Of a stretch of 64,000 bases of DNA, positions 44,559 through 55,214 are shown piece after piece (positions within the stretch are counted from its first letter, which is position 1; each line of letters opens with the position of its first letter). This DNA comes from an uncultured bacterium (GTDB lineage: Bacteria > Verrucomicrobiota > Lentisphaeria > Victivallales > UBA1829): assembly GCA_902802585.1 (NCBI GenBank), contig CADCMR010000005.1, positions 23,022 through 87,021 of the forward strand, in the 5' to 3' direction. The notes beneath the pieces are model-generated. The model was not told where the DNA came from. It did no database searches and was given only the letters and a program-made list of their open reading frames with translations. The position numbers and the translations under genes were made by a program.

Positions 44559-45953
44559 ATGTCTATCCTGAAGATCATTGAATTTTCGTTTCTGTTTTTA
44601 TATTTGCTTCCGTTCATGACGGCATTGTGCTGTCTTTTTCCGGGTTTCCGGCATATCTGTTTCGCGGGAATGGTTTATTTCACCAGCAACGAGATCTCAA
44701 TCAATTTCGTGCCGATGCCGGACTGGAGAGGCACGGCACGTGGATATGCGTTTACAGGCGTGTCCCTTTTTGCCGTTCCGGTTCTGCTGAGCACGTTTTT
44801 TATGCCGCAGTATAAAGTGAAGCTGTTTCCACCGGGAACTTTTTTCTATTTCCTATACTATCTGGTGGTCCTGCTTTCCGGCATGAACGCGATCCACAGG
44901 CATCAATGGGGGTTTGAAGTTTACAAGATGTTCTGGATGTATGTCACATTTCTCACCACATTCAATTATCTGAACAACTGCAAGAATCTCAACTATTTCA
45001 TTTGTGTGGTGTGCTTTGTTCTGATCATCCTGTTTATAATCGGATTCAAACAGAAATACCTGGAGTCACGATTCCAGATCAGTTCGACCTTCCCGCACCA
45101 GAATTCGCTTGCGCTCTATCTGGAGGCTTTCGGGCTTCTTTCTCTGGGCGTCCTGATGAACGAACAGATGAACAAGTTGATGTTCGTGATCGTCCTCGGT
45201 GCGTTCGTCAGCTCCCTACTTCTTATCCTTTTTACATTTTCACGAGGCGGTTTCGTGATCTTTTTCGGCGGCATCGCCATTGTCTGCGCCCTGTCCAACC
45301 TGTGCAACGGTTTCTCGCTCAGGCGGCTGCTTCTGATGCTGATCGGACTGACATTCGTGCTGTGCGCCGTGGGATATGCGCTGCCGCGTATCATTCTGCG
45401 TTTCACGAAAGCCCCTGAATCCTCCAAGAACACCCGAATCGCGTTTGCTCTCGCTGCCAAGAGAATGGCAAACGATTATACGTTTGGCGTCGGTGCAAAC
45501 AATTTCAGCGAGTATTCCGGCGGGGACGGGAAATATGAATACGCAAGAGAGCTTTATCCCGTCGTATATCCAAAGTACGGAGGAATCGTCGAAACGATCT
45601 ATCTGCTTGTCGCCGCGGAATGCGGCTGGACCGGACTGGTCATTCTCCTCCTGTGGTTCATGTATTATTATATCTCGTCCATAATAAGTGTCGTTGTCCT
45701 CCGGAAAAAACCATGTTCCGGCATAGCGATCGGGGTGTTTGCCGGACTGACCTGCTGGTATTGGCATTCCTCGCTGGAATGGAGCCTGAAGCAATTCAAC
45801 AATTTTGCACAGCAAATGATCATATATGCCCTCATCGGAGTAATCGCCGTCAACCGGAAGAACATCAAGGCGGCCTATGCACGGATGTTGGCAAGACAGG
45901 CGGCGAGCCTTAATCAGGCAAAAGCGCTTCCCGCTTCGAATCCGCAACATTGA
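44559..45953 (+). CDS. O-antigen ligase/polymerase family membrane protein (Wzy-like)
   Basis: Polytopic and AT-richer. It has a Wzy_C-like FSRGGF...loop region and 464 aa. Confidence 0.75.
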   Translation: MSILKIIEFSFLFLYLLPFMTALCCLFPGFRHICFAGMVYFTSNEISINFVPMPDWRGTARGYAFTGVSLFAVPVLLSTFFMPQYKVKLFPPGTFFYFLYYLVVLLSGMNAIHRHQWGFEVYKMFWMYVTFLTTFNYLNNCKNLNYFICVVCFVLIILFIIGFKQKYLESRFQISSTFPHQNSLALYLEAFGLLSLGVLMNEQMNKLMFVIVLGAFVSSLLLILFTFSRGGFVIFFGGIAIVCALSNLCNGFSLRRLLLMLIGLTFVLCAVGYALPRIILRFTKAPESSKNTRIAFALAAKRMANDYTFGVGANNFSEYSGGDGKYEYARELYPVVYPKYGGIVETIYLLVAAECGWTGLVILLLWFMYYYISSIISVVVLRKKPCSGIAIGVFAGLTCWYWHSSLEWSLKQFNNFAQQMIIYALIGVIAVNRKNIKAAYARMLARQAASLNQAKALPASNPQH

Positions 45954-46048
45954 ACCTGGGATTTCCCGCAACACGCCTGATGTCTGCGCGGACAGTTTTT
46001 GATGCGGTGGTTCTGTTGGGCGGGATCCGTGCCGGACGCCGCTGGCTG

Positions 46049-48316
46049 TCAATGCGGAACCTTCATGCCGCGGATTTTCAGGGACGATCCTGCCTCCGGC
46101 TCCAGCACGATGCGGATCGGCCAAATGGCTTCGGCGTGGTAAATGGTGCCGGAGGATCCCGGATTCGGGGCGGGGATCAGCTTGGCAGGACTGTTCTTCA
46201 CCGGGATCAGGTAATCCTTCATGTCTTCGGAATCAACCTGGACGGATCCGATCTCCATTTCCTCCCAGGGGGCTTCCACAGACGATCTCCGTTCCGGAAT
46301 AATAGTCCGCATTGGCTCCGGTGAAGGCCGTGGTGCCGGCGGCGCTTCGCATGTGCCGGACAGGTCTTCCTCCCCGACCGTGCAGGAAGCCGTGCCGCTG
46401 AGTGCCGTGACCCTGGCATGGACCGTGCCCCGGCACAGGCGCAGGACAATCCGCCCCTTTCCTGATGCCCGGACGGTGATGCCCGCACCGCCGTTATCCC
46501 GGAAAACCACCCTGCTGAAGAGAAGCCATCGCCGTTCTTTTGCCTCGAACGCCTCCGTCCAGGACGCCGCGTCATGGATGCCGGTTCCGATGCGGGAGGT
46601 GTTCGGCCACTTCAGGTAGAGGTTCGGCGGCGCATTCCGGTCGGTCACCCACACAAACGCGGGCTTCGACATGTCCTGATAGGCGTCGCAGAGCTGGGCG
46701 TGGTAGGTGTTCCGGTCGGGCGAGGTGTATTCTTTCCGTTTCGTTTTGAACTCGTCGAAATCCGCATGCCCGCCGGTTTCCTTCTGGGCGCAGCAGAAAA
46801 TGCAATAGCGGAGCGCGAGCCAGTCGGAGAAGAACTCGCACGGCATTCCGAGCGGTTTGCCCAGCTTGATGAAGTGCTCCCCGCCGTCCGTGCTGTAGGA
46901 ATACTGCACGGCGTACTGGAGGAACGGGACGTCCGCTCGGACCACGACCTGCGTTTTTTCGCCGGATTCGAGCGGAACGGACGTAATTTCCTCCGTGGTG
47001 TATTTTCCGTCTTTGTTGAGCTGGCGCATCACGGCGAGCCGAGTTTTGCCGTTCTCTCGGACGGCGGCGACGAATGTGCAGTGCTGGGAGAAGAGTCCGA
47101 TCCCCGCCATGTCTCCGTCCTTCAGTCCGGAGTAGTCCAGCACGGTCTGCGCGGAGTCGCCCGGTCCGAAGATCTGCTGGACGAGCACGTTCTGCGTTTC
47201 ACGGATCGCGGAGGACGTGCGCTGCGGCTTCAGGCGGAGCCAGCCGGGACGTTCCGTGAGCGACCAGCCGTCCTCCGCTGGATGGTGGTTCCACTGCCAC
47301 TGCAAACCGAGTTCGTTTGAGCCGAAACGGTCGCTTCGCCAATGGTCGGGATTGATGGCGGGGCTTTTCGTATCGACGGCGGGCTTTTGGTATGTGAGGA
47401 CGGGTTTCACCTCGGGCCAGCCGTCCTTCCATTCCACGGGCAGCAGGAACGGGATGCGCCCGAGCTTGCCGTGGTCCTGGAAGATGATCGACCACCAGTC
47501 GCCGTTTTTGAGCTGCACGAGGCCGCCCTGGTGCAGTCCGGACCCCTCGTAGGTCAGCTGGGAATCGCACACGACCTTGTGTTCGTACGGTCCATAGACG
47601 CTGTCCGAGCGAAAACAGTGCTGCTTGCCGCCGCCGGGGTTGAAGATGTAGTATTTGCCGTCGATCCTGTAGACGTGCGAGCCCTCGCAGATCGTCCCGC
47701 GGATGACCGTCTTCTCCGGCGTGACGACCTTCGTCAGGTCGGCGTCGAGTTCGGTTACCTTCAGCTCGTTCTGCCCGTGGAACACGTAGACGCGGCCGTT
47801 GTCATCGAAGAACAGCCCCGGGTCGTACATCTTCGCCCGGATCGCGTTCATTTTCCACGGTCCCGCCACGTCTTTCGCGCGCGACACCAGGAACACGCCG
47901 TCCACGCCGGTCTTGTTTTCCGGTCGGTTGTCCCACACATAGCACACGGAGTAGAACATGCCGTCGTGGTAGCGCAATGAGGGCGCCCAGCTACCCGCCC
48001 CGTATGCGTTCCCGTGCTTGCCGTCGAGGTCGTAGCGCGGGTCTTCAAGGATTTTGTAATCGGGAATGGAGAACCCCGCCGGCTCTCAGTTCACCAGGTC
48101 GCGCGAATGCATGACCGGATTGCCGGGCACGAGGTGGAACGACGAGGACTGATAGTAGAAATCGTCGCCCACACGGATCACCTCGGAATCGGGGTAGTCG
48201 GCGAACAGGACCGGGTTGGAGTACGTGCCGTCGCCGTTGTCCGCCCCGAACGAGATCGAGGCGGAAACGGCGGACCATATCGCCAGTGCGATGACCGCGG
48301 CGGTGAACTTCTTTAT
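46049..48316 (-). pseudogene. GH43 beta-xylosidase/alpha-L-arabinofuranosidase with C-terminal lectin-like domains, apparently disrupted (ATA at start position; in-frame TGA at 48086-48088)
   Basis: The same frame reads (I)KKFTAAVIALAIWSAVSASISFG...NPVLFADYPDSEVIRVGDDFYYQSSSFHLVPGNPVMHSRDLVN-TGA-EPAGF...SWAPSLRYHDGMFY and continues into the 642-aa track ORF. The TGA sits where the conserved DLVNW Trp is expected. Confidence 0.75.
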
Positions 48317-48346
48317 GGCGGAGTTTGTTTCCTTTCCCCTGCTGGC

Positions 48347-50248
48347 TTACTTGTCCAGCGGGAGATACGCGGAGTAGTGCTCGTGGTAGACGTTGAAGAG
48401 CGGCATCAGCGTGAATTCGCCGTTCTTGCCCTGCGCGACGAACTCGCCGAAGTTCTTGCCTGGCTTGAACGCCTTGATCGCGGTCTCGGCGTCGGCTGCC
48501 GCCACGGTCGGGATCGGCTCATGCGTTTCGGGGCCCCACTGGTCCCTGTAGCGACGGAGCGCGGGGTCGTCGCCGGCCTTCGGCGGGATCACGGCGGCGA
48601 GGAGCAGCGGACCGTAGAAGAAGGCGACGTGCTTGCCGTCGGGGAGTGATTCGCTGTAGAGCGGGAAGTCGAATTCGATCTGGACCTTGTCGCCGTCCTT
48701 CCAGTTGCGGTAGATGGCGATGTAGCCGCGTTCGTCGGCGTCAGCCTTGACGGTGGAGCCGTTGACCTTCACGGTCATCTGCTTCGCCCAGACGGGCTTG
48801 CGGAGGTCGAGCGCGAACTTTTTCGCACTCTTGAGACCGAGCTTGATCTCGGCGGTCTTCGAGAGCGGGAAGGCGGACTTGAGCTCAAGATCGAGACCGA
48901 GCTTTTCGTCCTTCAGTTCGGCTGCCCAGTACTGGTTCACCGCCACGGTGCCAGCGCCGTCGGTGGCGAAGCTGATCTCGGTGTAGCGTTCCGGGTTCTC
49001 CATGCCGGACCCGACGCAGCACCACCAGGAGTTGAACTCGGTGGAGAAGACTTTGTAGTGCGGCGAACCGAGGGAGAGGAAGTAGCCGTATTCGCCCGGC
49101 TCCTTGCCGATGTTTGCGGCGATGTGGTTCAGCGTCACGCGTTCGGCGAAGTCCATCGGCTTCGTATTCTGGTTCCACTCGAAGACATGCGAGGCAATCT
49201 TGACCATGTTGAAGGAGTTGCAGGTCTCGGCGGTGTTCGGCTTCAGCGTGCGCGCCACGTCGTTCATGTCGTAGAAATGCTCGCTTTCGCTATGACCGCC
49301 ATTCGCGTAGGAGCGCTTCGTGGAGACTTCGTTGAAGAAGTATTCTGCGCCGGTGCGCGCCTTTTCGTCGCCCTCGACCTCATACAGGCGGGCGAGACCG
49401 GCGATCTTCGGAATCTGCGTGTTCGCGTGAATGCCGTTGAAGATATCGCGCTGTTCCTCCATCGCGCCGAGGATGCGGTTGTCGAAGAAGAAACGGCGTC
49501 CGGCTTCGGAATACTTCTTGTCGCCGGTGTCCGTGGTGAGGTCGACCATGACCTCAAGCATGCCGCCGTGCTCGGCGCGGAGCATGTTCTGCACCTGGTC
49601 GGGGCTGAGGTTGCTCAGTGCGGCGATCACGCGGTCCGCGAGCTTCTTCTCCACGTCGAGCGCCTTCTTGTTGCCGGTCAGGCGGTACGCGTCGCGGAGA
49701 CCGGCGAAGACTTTGTGGATGGAGTAGAACGGCACCCAGACGCCGTTCAGGTTGAACGGCTGCGGGCGCACCGTGCCGCGTTCGAGGTCGTTCAGCCAGC
49801 GTTCGTCCTCGGCGTGGACGTAGCCGGTGCCGAGCTTGTCCTGGCATTTCGCCAGTTCGTCGACGATATAGTCGGAGCGTTCCTTCGCCTTCTTGTTGCC
49901 GCCGTGCGCATACGCCATGCCGAGCGCGGAGAGGTAGTGACCAAGCGAATGGCCCGCGATGTCGCGCGCTTCCCAGCCGCCGTACGGGCGCGCCTTCGCC
50001 TCAAGTCCAGCCACCGTCAGGAATTTCGACAGCAGGGCGTCGGGGTTCAGCGTTTCCGTCAGGAAGACTTCGTTCACTTTCTTGCGGTCCGCCATCGGGC
50101 CGTCCTCAAGGTCCGTCGCATTGGACGGGTAGAACGTGAGTTTTCCGGGGGCGGGGGCGGGCTGGTCGTCGGCGGAGGCGCAGCTCACGGCTGCGGTTGC
50201 GGCGGCCGCGCAGATCGCGGCGGCGGCAATGACTGCTGCATGTTTCAT
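48347..50248 (-). CDS. GH127 beta-L-arabinofuranosidase-like (DUF1680) lipoprotein
   Basis: Motifs GHSLGHYLSALGMAY, NGGHSE and CCVGSGMENPERY. AGGAGA ribosome-binding site before the ATG at 50248 (MKHAAV...AVSC); alternative ATG at 50269. Confidence 0.88.
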   Translation of the reverse strand: MKHAAVIAAAAICAAAATAAVSCASADDQPAPAPGKLTFYPSNATDLEDGPMADRKKVNEVFLTETLNPDALLSKFLTVAGLEAKARPYGGWEARDIAGHSLGHYLSALGMAYAHGGNKKAKERSDYIVDELAKCQDKLGTGYVHAEDERWLNDLERGTVRPQPFNLNGVWVPFYSIHKVFAGLRDAYRLTGNKKALDVEKKLADRVIAALSNLSPDQVQNMLRAEHGGMLEVMVDLTTDTGDKKYSEAGRRFFFDNRILGAMEEQRDIFNGIHANTQIPKIAGLARLYEVEGDEKARTGAEYFFNEVSTKRSYANGGHSESEHFYDMNDVARTLKPNTAETCNSFNMVKIASHVFEWNQNTKPMDFAERVTLNHIAANIGKEPGEYGYFLSLGSPHYKVFSTEFNSWWCCVGSGMENPERYTEISFATDGAGTVAVNQYWAAELKDEKLGLDLELKSAFPLSKTAEIKLGLKSAKKFALDLRKPVWAKQMTVKVNGSTVKADADERGYIAIYRNWKDGDKVQIEFDFPLYSESLPDGKHVAFFYGPLLLAAVIPPKAGDDPALRRYRDQWGPETHEPIPTVAAADAETAIKAFKPGKNFGEFVAQGKNGEFTLMPLFNVYHEHYSAYLPLDK

Positions 50249-50519
50249 GTCTTGTTTCTCCTGATTCATGTGTGGTTGGGTTGTATGGAAACGAGTTCAG
50301 ATTCTGTTCGGAAACGGACGGCGAACGCGTGCGCGTTATGAGGCGCGCGGCATCCTCCGTCGGAAGATTTATATTCCGTCAATGCTTAATATACTATAGA
50401 AACGAAATTATGCTATTCCTTTTTCAAAGAAAAGCATACATTTTTTGATCATTTTGCCCGGAAGATGTTAATATAATCGTTATGTTAACGGTACATAACG
50501 GAAAAACTGTCTATCGAGT

Positions 50520-51488
50520 TCAGAACAGGTCGGGGTGGTCAGCGGAGGAGGAGGCTTTTTTCCGGGTGGAGGAGGTGAAGGCGAGGAAGGATTTCTGCGC
50601 GCCGGGTGTGATGGTATCATCGGGGCGGAGGTGACCGAGCAGGAGCGGAGACTTCGGGTCATGGTATTTGAAGTTCTCGAACGCCTTGCGCGGGTTCTGA
50701 TTGGCGTAACAGTATTTGCAGCCGTTGAGGCAGGTGTCGTACGCGCCGATGTCATGCGTTTCGATGCAGTGGCAGCCCGCGCGGATGCCATTGTGCTTGA
50801 GCTTGCGGAACTGCACGCCGTTTGCGCGGCCGAGGATGTCGAGCGTCATGCAGCCGGATGAGCTGATGCCGAAACGCGTGTAATCGCCGTCCGTGCCGCA
50901 GATCTGGATCGGGAATCCGAACCGGGCGGCGGTCGCGCCGAGGGATTCCGCGAGCTCGTTCCGGTAGGCGTCGTTCAGCGGGACCAACTCCGGCATGTTC
51001 GATTCGACCTTTCTGTACATCTCCACGAAGCTGAAGACGCAGCGGTCGATGTGGGATGCGAGGCGTTCCGCCATGCGCGCGAACGTGTTTTTGTGGCGTT
51101 CGATGGTGTAGGTCTTCGTGAGCAGGACGGGGGCGTAGCGCCATGCGACGCGCTCCCGCCCGACGATGGAAGCGAGTTCGTCGAGCGTCTCCATGCTTTC
51201 GGTGATGGACGGTACGCCCGGCTCCACGTCGCGTCCATAGGCGGTGATCGTGTAGAAACAATACGTGCGGAAGCGGTCCGTGATCTCGCGGATGCGCGGC
51301 AGGATCGGGCGGTAGTTCTTCGAGCAGAACACCACGCAGTCGACGACCTCCGGATCCAGCTCCCAGCGCGTAACCTTGTCCGGGAAGAGCGGATTCCGGG
51401 ACAGGACATAGCCCTCCGCGAACCGGTTCAGCAGCCAGTCCGTGAAATACTGGACCGTGTCGGTCCGTCCGCCCGTGTTGATGATCAT
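50520..51488 (-). CDS. DUF1848 domain protein
   Basis: N-terminus MIINTGGRTDTVQYF and C-terminal Cys cluster CHCIETHDIGAYDTCLNGCKYCYAN are typical of DUF1848. Confidence 0.8.
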   Translation of the reverse strand: MIINTGGRTDTVQYFTDWLLNRFAEGYVLSRNPLFPDKVTRWELDPEVVDCVVFCSKNYRPILPRIREITDRFRTYCFYTITAYGRDVEPGVPSITESMETLDELASIVGRERVAWRYAPVLLTKTYTIERHKNTFARMAERLASHIDRCVFSFVEMYRKVESNMPELVPLNDAYRNELAESLGATAARFGFPIQICGTDGDYTRFGISSSGCMTLDILGRANGVQFRKLKHNGIRAGCHCIETHDIGAYDTCLNGCKYCYANQNPRKAFENFKYHDPKSPLLLGHLRPDDTITPGAQKSFLAFTSSTRKKASSSADHPDLF

Positions 51489-51548
51489 GGGAAGTTCCGC
51501 ATGTTCCCGCGCACAGGATGAAATGACGCGGGGACGGATGGCGGTCCG

Positions 51549-54500
51549 TTACTGGTTGTCTTCGAGCTTCTTGTACTCGGCGTACTTCATCGCGGCGAGC
51601 TGTCTGCCGGTCTCGAAGAGCGTGGCGGCGTTCTCGGGGAAGGTACGTTCGAGCGCGGCGAAGCGGACTTCGCCCTTCAGGAAGTCGCGGTAATCCTTGG
51701 TCGGGGCGGGGGAATCCAGCGTGAATGGCTTCGTTTTCGACGGGTTGTAGCGGTAGAGGAACCAGTACCCGGCGTCGACGGCGGCTTTCATCTCCTGCTG
51801 GACGTTGCACATACCGCACTTCAGACCGTGGGTCATGCAGGGGGCGTAGGCGATCACGACGGACGGTCCGGGGAATGCCTCGGCCTCCTGGAGCGCCTTC
51901 ATGAGCTGGTTCGGGTCGGCGCCCATTGCGACGGACGCGACGTAGACGTTTCCGTAGGTCATGAAGATGCGTCCGAGGTCCTTCTTCGGGCTGCGCTTGC
52001 CGGAGCTGGCGAACTGCGCCACCGCGCCGATCTGCGTTGCCTTGGAGGACTGGCCGCCGGTGTTCGAGTAGACTTCGGTGTCCACGATCAGGGCGTTGAT
52101 GTTCTCGCCGCTGGCGATTACGTGGTCGAGGCCGCCGAACCCGATGTCGTACGCCCAGCCGTCGCCGCCGTACATCCAGAATGTCTTCTTGGCGAGCTGA
52201 TCGCGGTGCAGGAGGATGGCGTCGGCAAGTTCGGAAACCTCCTTGTCCGCCGCGAGGTCGGCGCGGGCGGATTCGAGCGCGGCGCAGAGGGCGTCGGTCG
52301 CGGTGCGCGAGGCGTCGAAATCGTCGAACGCGTCGAGCCACGCCTGAAGCGCGTTTTTGACGGATTCGGGCACGGATTTTTCAAGCAGAGCCTTCACGCG
52401 GATGACCTGCATCTCGCGCTGTTTCTTGGAAGAAAGCAGCATGCCGAGCGCGAACTCGGCGTTGTTCTCGAACAGCGAATTGGTCCACGCCGGACCGAAT
52501 CCGCGCTGGTTGACCGTGTACGGGATGCCGGGCATGGGCGAGCCCCACGCCTGTGAACACCCGGTGGCGTTCGCCCAGTACACGCGGTCGCCGAAGAGCT
52601 GGGTCAGCAGCTTGGCGTAGGGCGTTTCGCCGCATCCGGCGCAGGCGGCGGAGAACTCGAGGAGCGGACGGCGGAACTGGCTGCCCTTGACCGTGTAGGG
52701 GTTGAAGACGTCGGACTTGGCGGGGAGCGACAGCAGGTAGTTCCAGTTCGCCAGTTCGTGGTCGGTCTCGGCGTTCGGGGTCATGGCGAGCGCCTTTTCC
52801 TTCGCCGGGCAGACGGACGCGCAGACGCCGCATCCGGTGCAGTCGGCGGCGCTGATCTGGAGCGTGAAGACGTAGCCGGGCTTGCCGGTGGCGGGGATCG
52901 TGCGGAGCGGGGCGGGCGCGGCGGCGGCCTCCTCGGCGGTCAGCAGGTACGGACGCACCACGGCGTGCGGGCAGGAGAACGCGCACCGGTTGCACTGGAA
53001 GCACTTCGCGGGATCCCAGACGGGCACGTGGACCGCGATGTCGCGTTTCTCGTAGGCGGTCAGACCCATGTCGATCACGCCGTCCTCGTAGCCCTTGAAC
53101 GCGCTCACGGGCAGGTCATCACCCTTCTGGGCGTTGATCGGCTCCAGCAGGTTCGTGACAACGGCGGGGAGACCGGGACGCGCGGCGGGCGCGGGATCGG
53201 CAGCGTTCAGCCAGGATTCGGGCACGGGCGCCTCCACGAGGCTCTTCACGCCCTCGTCGATGGCGGCGAGGTTTCGGTTCACCACGTCGTCGCCCTTGGC
53301 GAAATAGGTCTTCTTCGCGGCGGCTTTCATGAACCCGACGGCGTCCTCCACGGGGATGACGTTCGCGAGGCGGAAGAAAGCGGCCTGCAGGACCATGTTG
53401 ATGTGGCTGCCGAGTCCGAGGCGCTCCGCGATGGCGACGGCATCGATCAGGTAGAGTTTCGCGTGGCGTTCGGCGAGCGTGCGCTTCACATGCGCCGGGA
53501 GCTTTTCGTCGAGCTCGGCGGGTGTCCACGGGCAGTTCAGCAGCAGCGTGCCGTTGGGCTTGAGCTCGCCCGCGACGTCGTACTTGGAGATGTACGTGGC
53601 GTTGTGGCAGCCGATGAAGTCGGCGGCTTTCACGTAGTAGGAGGAACGGATCGGGCTGTCGCCGAACCGGAGATGCGATTTTGTCACGCCGAACGATTTC
53701 TTCGCGTCGTACTCGAAATACGCCTGGGCGTACTTGGAGGTGTGGGCGTTGATGATGTTGACCGTGTTCTTGTTCGCGCCGACCGTGCCGTCTGAACCGA
53801 GACCCCAGAACTTGCAGCAGACGATGTGCTCGTCGTCGGGATAGAGCGGCGCTTCAATTGGGAGCGAACGGTGCGTCACATCGTCCACGATGCCGATGGT
53901 GAAGCTGTTCATCGGGGATTCGGACGCGAGGTTGCGGAAGACGGCTTCGATCTGCGCCGGGTCGGTGTCCTTCGAGGAAAGGCCGTAACGGCCGCCGTAA
54001 ACGGAGAGTGCGGCGGGATGCTTCGCCTCCGCCAGCACGGAGCGCACGTCCAGGTACAGTGGATCGCCTGCTGCGCCCATTTCCTTGCAGCGGTCGAGCA
54101 CGGCGATGCGCCTGACGGTGGCGGGCAGCGCGGCGAGGAAGTGTTCGGCGGAGAACGGGCGGTAGAGGTGGACCTGGAGGAAGCCGGTTTTGCCGCCGCG
54201 TGCGTTCAGCCAGTCGACGGTCTCGCGGATGGTTCCGGAGACGGAGCCCATGGCGACCACAACGTATTCGGCGTCGGGCGTGCCATAGTAGTCGAAGAGG
54301 TGGTACTGTCTGCCCGTCACGGACGCGATCTTGTCCATGCAGGACTGCACGATGCCGGGCAGCGCGTCGTAGAACGCGTTGTTCGCCTCGCGCACCTGGA
54401 AGAAAATGTCCGGGTTCTGCACGGTCGCGCGGAGCATCGGGTGTTCCGGGTTCAGCGCGTGGGCGCGGAACGCCTCAAGCGCCTTCAAGTCGACGAGCGG

Positions 54501-55082
54501 CTTCAGGTCGGCGTAGTCGATGGGCTCGACCTTGCTGAGTTCATGTGAGGTGCGGAATCCGTCGAAGAAGTGCAGGAACGGGATCAGCCCCTCGATGGCG
54601 GCGAGGTGCGCCACGGGCGCCAGGTCCATCACTTCCTGTGCGTTCGCGCTGGAGAGCATCGCGAATCCGGTCTGGCGGCAGTTCATCACGTCCGAATGGT
54701 CGCCGAAGATGGAGAGCGCGTGCGTGCCGACCGTGCGGGAGGCGACGTGCAGGACGCCGGGGAGGCGTTCGCCGGAGATGCGGTGCATGACCGGGATCAT
54801 GAGCATGAGCCCCTGGGACGAGGTGAAGGATGTGGAGAGCGCGCCTGCCTCGAGCGAACCGTGGATCGCGCCGATCGCGCCCGCTTCGGACTGCATTTCC
54901 ACCAGCGTCACGGTCTGTCCGAACACGTTCTTGCGGCCTTTCGCCGCCCATTCGTCGGTTTTTCCCGCCATCGGGGAGGACGGGGTGATCGGGTAAATGG
55001 CGGCGACTTCGGAAAACGCGTAAGCGGCGTAGGCGCACGCCTCGTTGCCGTCCATCGTGACAAACTGTTTCGCGGAACTCAT
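51549..55082 (-). CDS. nifJ: pyruvate:ferredoxin (flavodoxin) oxidoreductase, single-chain
   Basis: 1177 aa. Two ferredoxin motifs (CFQCNRCAFSCP, CTGCGVCASVCP) and a TPP-binding GDGWAYDIGFGGLDH...NTGGQ. Confidence 0.95.
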   Translation of the reverse strand: MSSAKQFVTMDGNEACAYAAYAFSEVAAIYPITPSSPMAGKTDEWAAKGRKNVFGQTVTLVEMQSEAGAIGAIHGSLEAGALSTSFTSSQGLMLMIPVMHRISGERLPGVLHVASRTVGTHALSIFGDHSDVMNCRQTGFAMLSSANAQEVMDLAPVAHLAAIEGLIPFLHFFDGFRTSHELSKVEPIDYADLKPLVDLKALEAFRAHALNPEHPMLRATVQNPDIFFQVREANNAFYDALPGIVQSCMDKIASVTGRQYHLFDYYGTPDAEYVVVAMGSVSGTIRETVDWLNARGGKTGFLQVHLYRPFSAEHFLAALPATVRRIAVLDRCKEMGAAGDPLYLDVRSVLAEAKHPAALSVYGGRYGLSSKDTDPAQIEAVFRNLASESPMNSFTIGIVDDVTHRSLPIEAPLYPDDEHIVCCKFWGLGSDGTVGANKNTVNIINAHTSKYAQAYFEYDAKKSFGVTKSHLRFGDSPIRSSYYVKAADFIGCHNATYISKYDVAGELKPNGTLLLNCPWTPAELDEKLPAHVKRTLAERHAKLYLIDAVAIAERLGLGSHINMVLQAAFFRLANVIPVEDAVGFMKAAAKKTYFAKGDDVVNRNLAAIDEGVKSLVEAPVPESWLNAADPAPAARPGLPAVVTNLLEPINAQKGDDLPVSAFKGYEDGVIDMGLTAYEKRDIAVHVPVWDPAKCFQCNRCAFSCPHAVVRPYLLTAEEAAAAPAPLRTIPATGKPGYVFTLQISAADCTGCGVCASVCPAKEKALAMTPNAETDHELANWNYLLSLPAKSDVFNPYTVKGSQFRRPLLEFSAACAGCGETPYAKLLTQLFGDRVYWANATGCSQAWGSPMPGIPYTVNQRGFGPAWTNSLFENNAEFALGMLLSSKKQREMQVIRVKALLEKSVPESVKNALQAWLDAFDDFDASRTATDALCAALESARADLAADKEVSELADAILLHRDQLAKKTFWMYGGDGWAYDIGFGGLDHVIASGENINALIVDTEVYSNTGGQSSKATQIGAVAQFASSGKRSPKKDLGRIFMTYGNVYVASVAMGADPNQLMKALQEAEAFPGPSVVIAYAPCMTHGLKCGMCNVQQEMKAAVDAGYWFLYRYNPSKTKPFTLDSPAPTKDYRDFLKGEVRFAALERTFPENAATLFETGRQLAAMKYAEYKKLEDNQ

Positions 55083-55214
55083 CGGATCGGGTCTCCTTGT
55101 TCGGTGTCAGTTCAGTTCAAGTCCAGATATTTTTCAGGTTGTCGCACGGATGCGGAAACCCGGCGGAAGCGCGATGTCCTCCGCCGGGAAACGCCGTCCG
55201 CGCGGCGGGAAAGT

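Noticed and set aside
48086-48088. The in-frame TGA in GH43 as evidence for UGA=Trp recoding or selenocysteine.
   Set aside because: TGA is used as the ordinary stop of many well-supported genes in this window, for example at 3393-3395, 5401-5403, 6298-6300, 7130-7132 and 9487-9489. The expected residue is Trp rather than Cys/Sec, and I saw no SECIS-like context. A nonsense mutation or a base-call error is the simpler explanation.
50323-50500. Short inverted repeats AACGCG-tg-CGCGTT (50323-50336) and CGTTATGT-taacggt-ACATAACG (50478-50500) considered as regulatory sites.
   Set aside because: The second is plausibly just the terminator hairpin of the PFOR/DUF1848 transcript. The first is a short GC palindrome of a kind expected by chance. 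I could not link either to a promoter.
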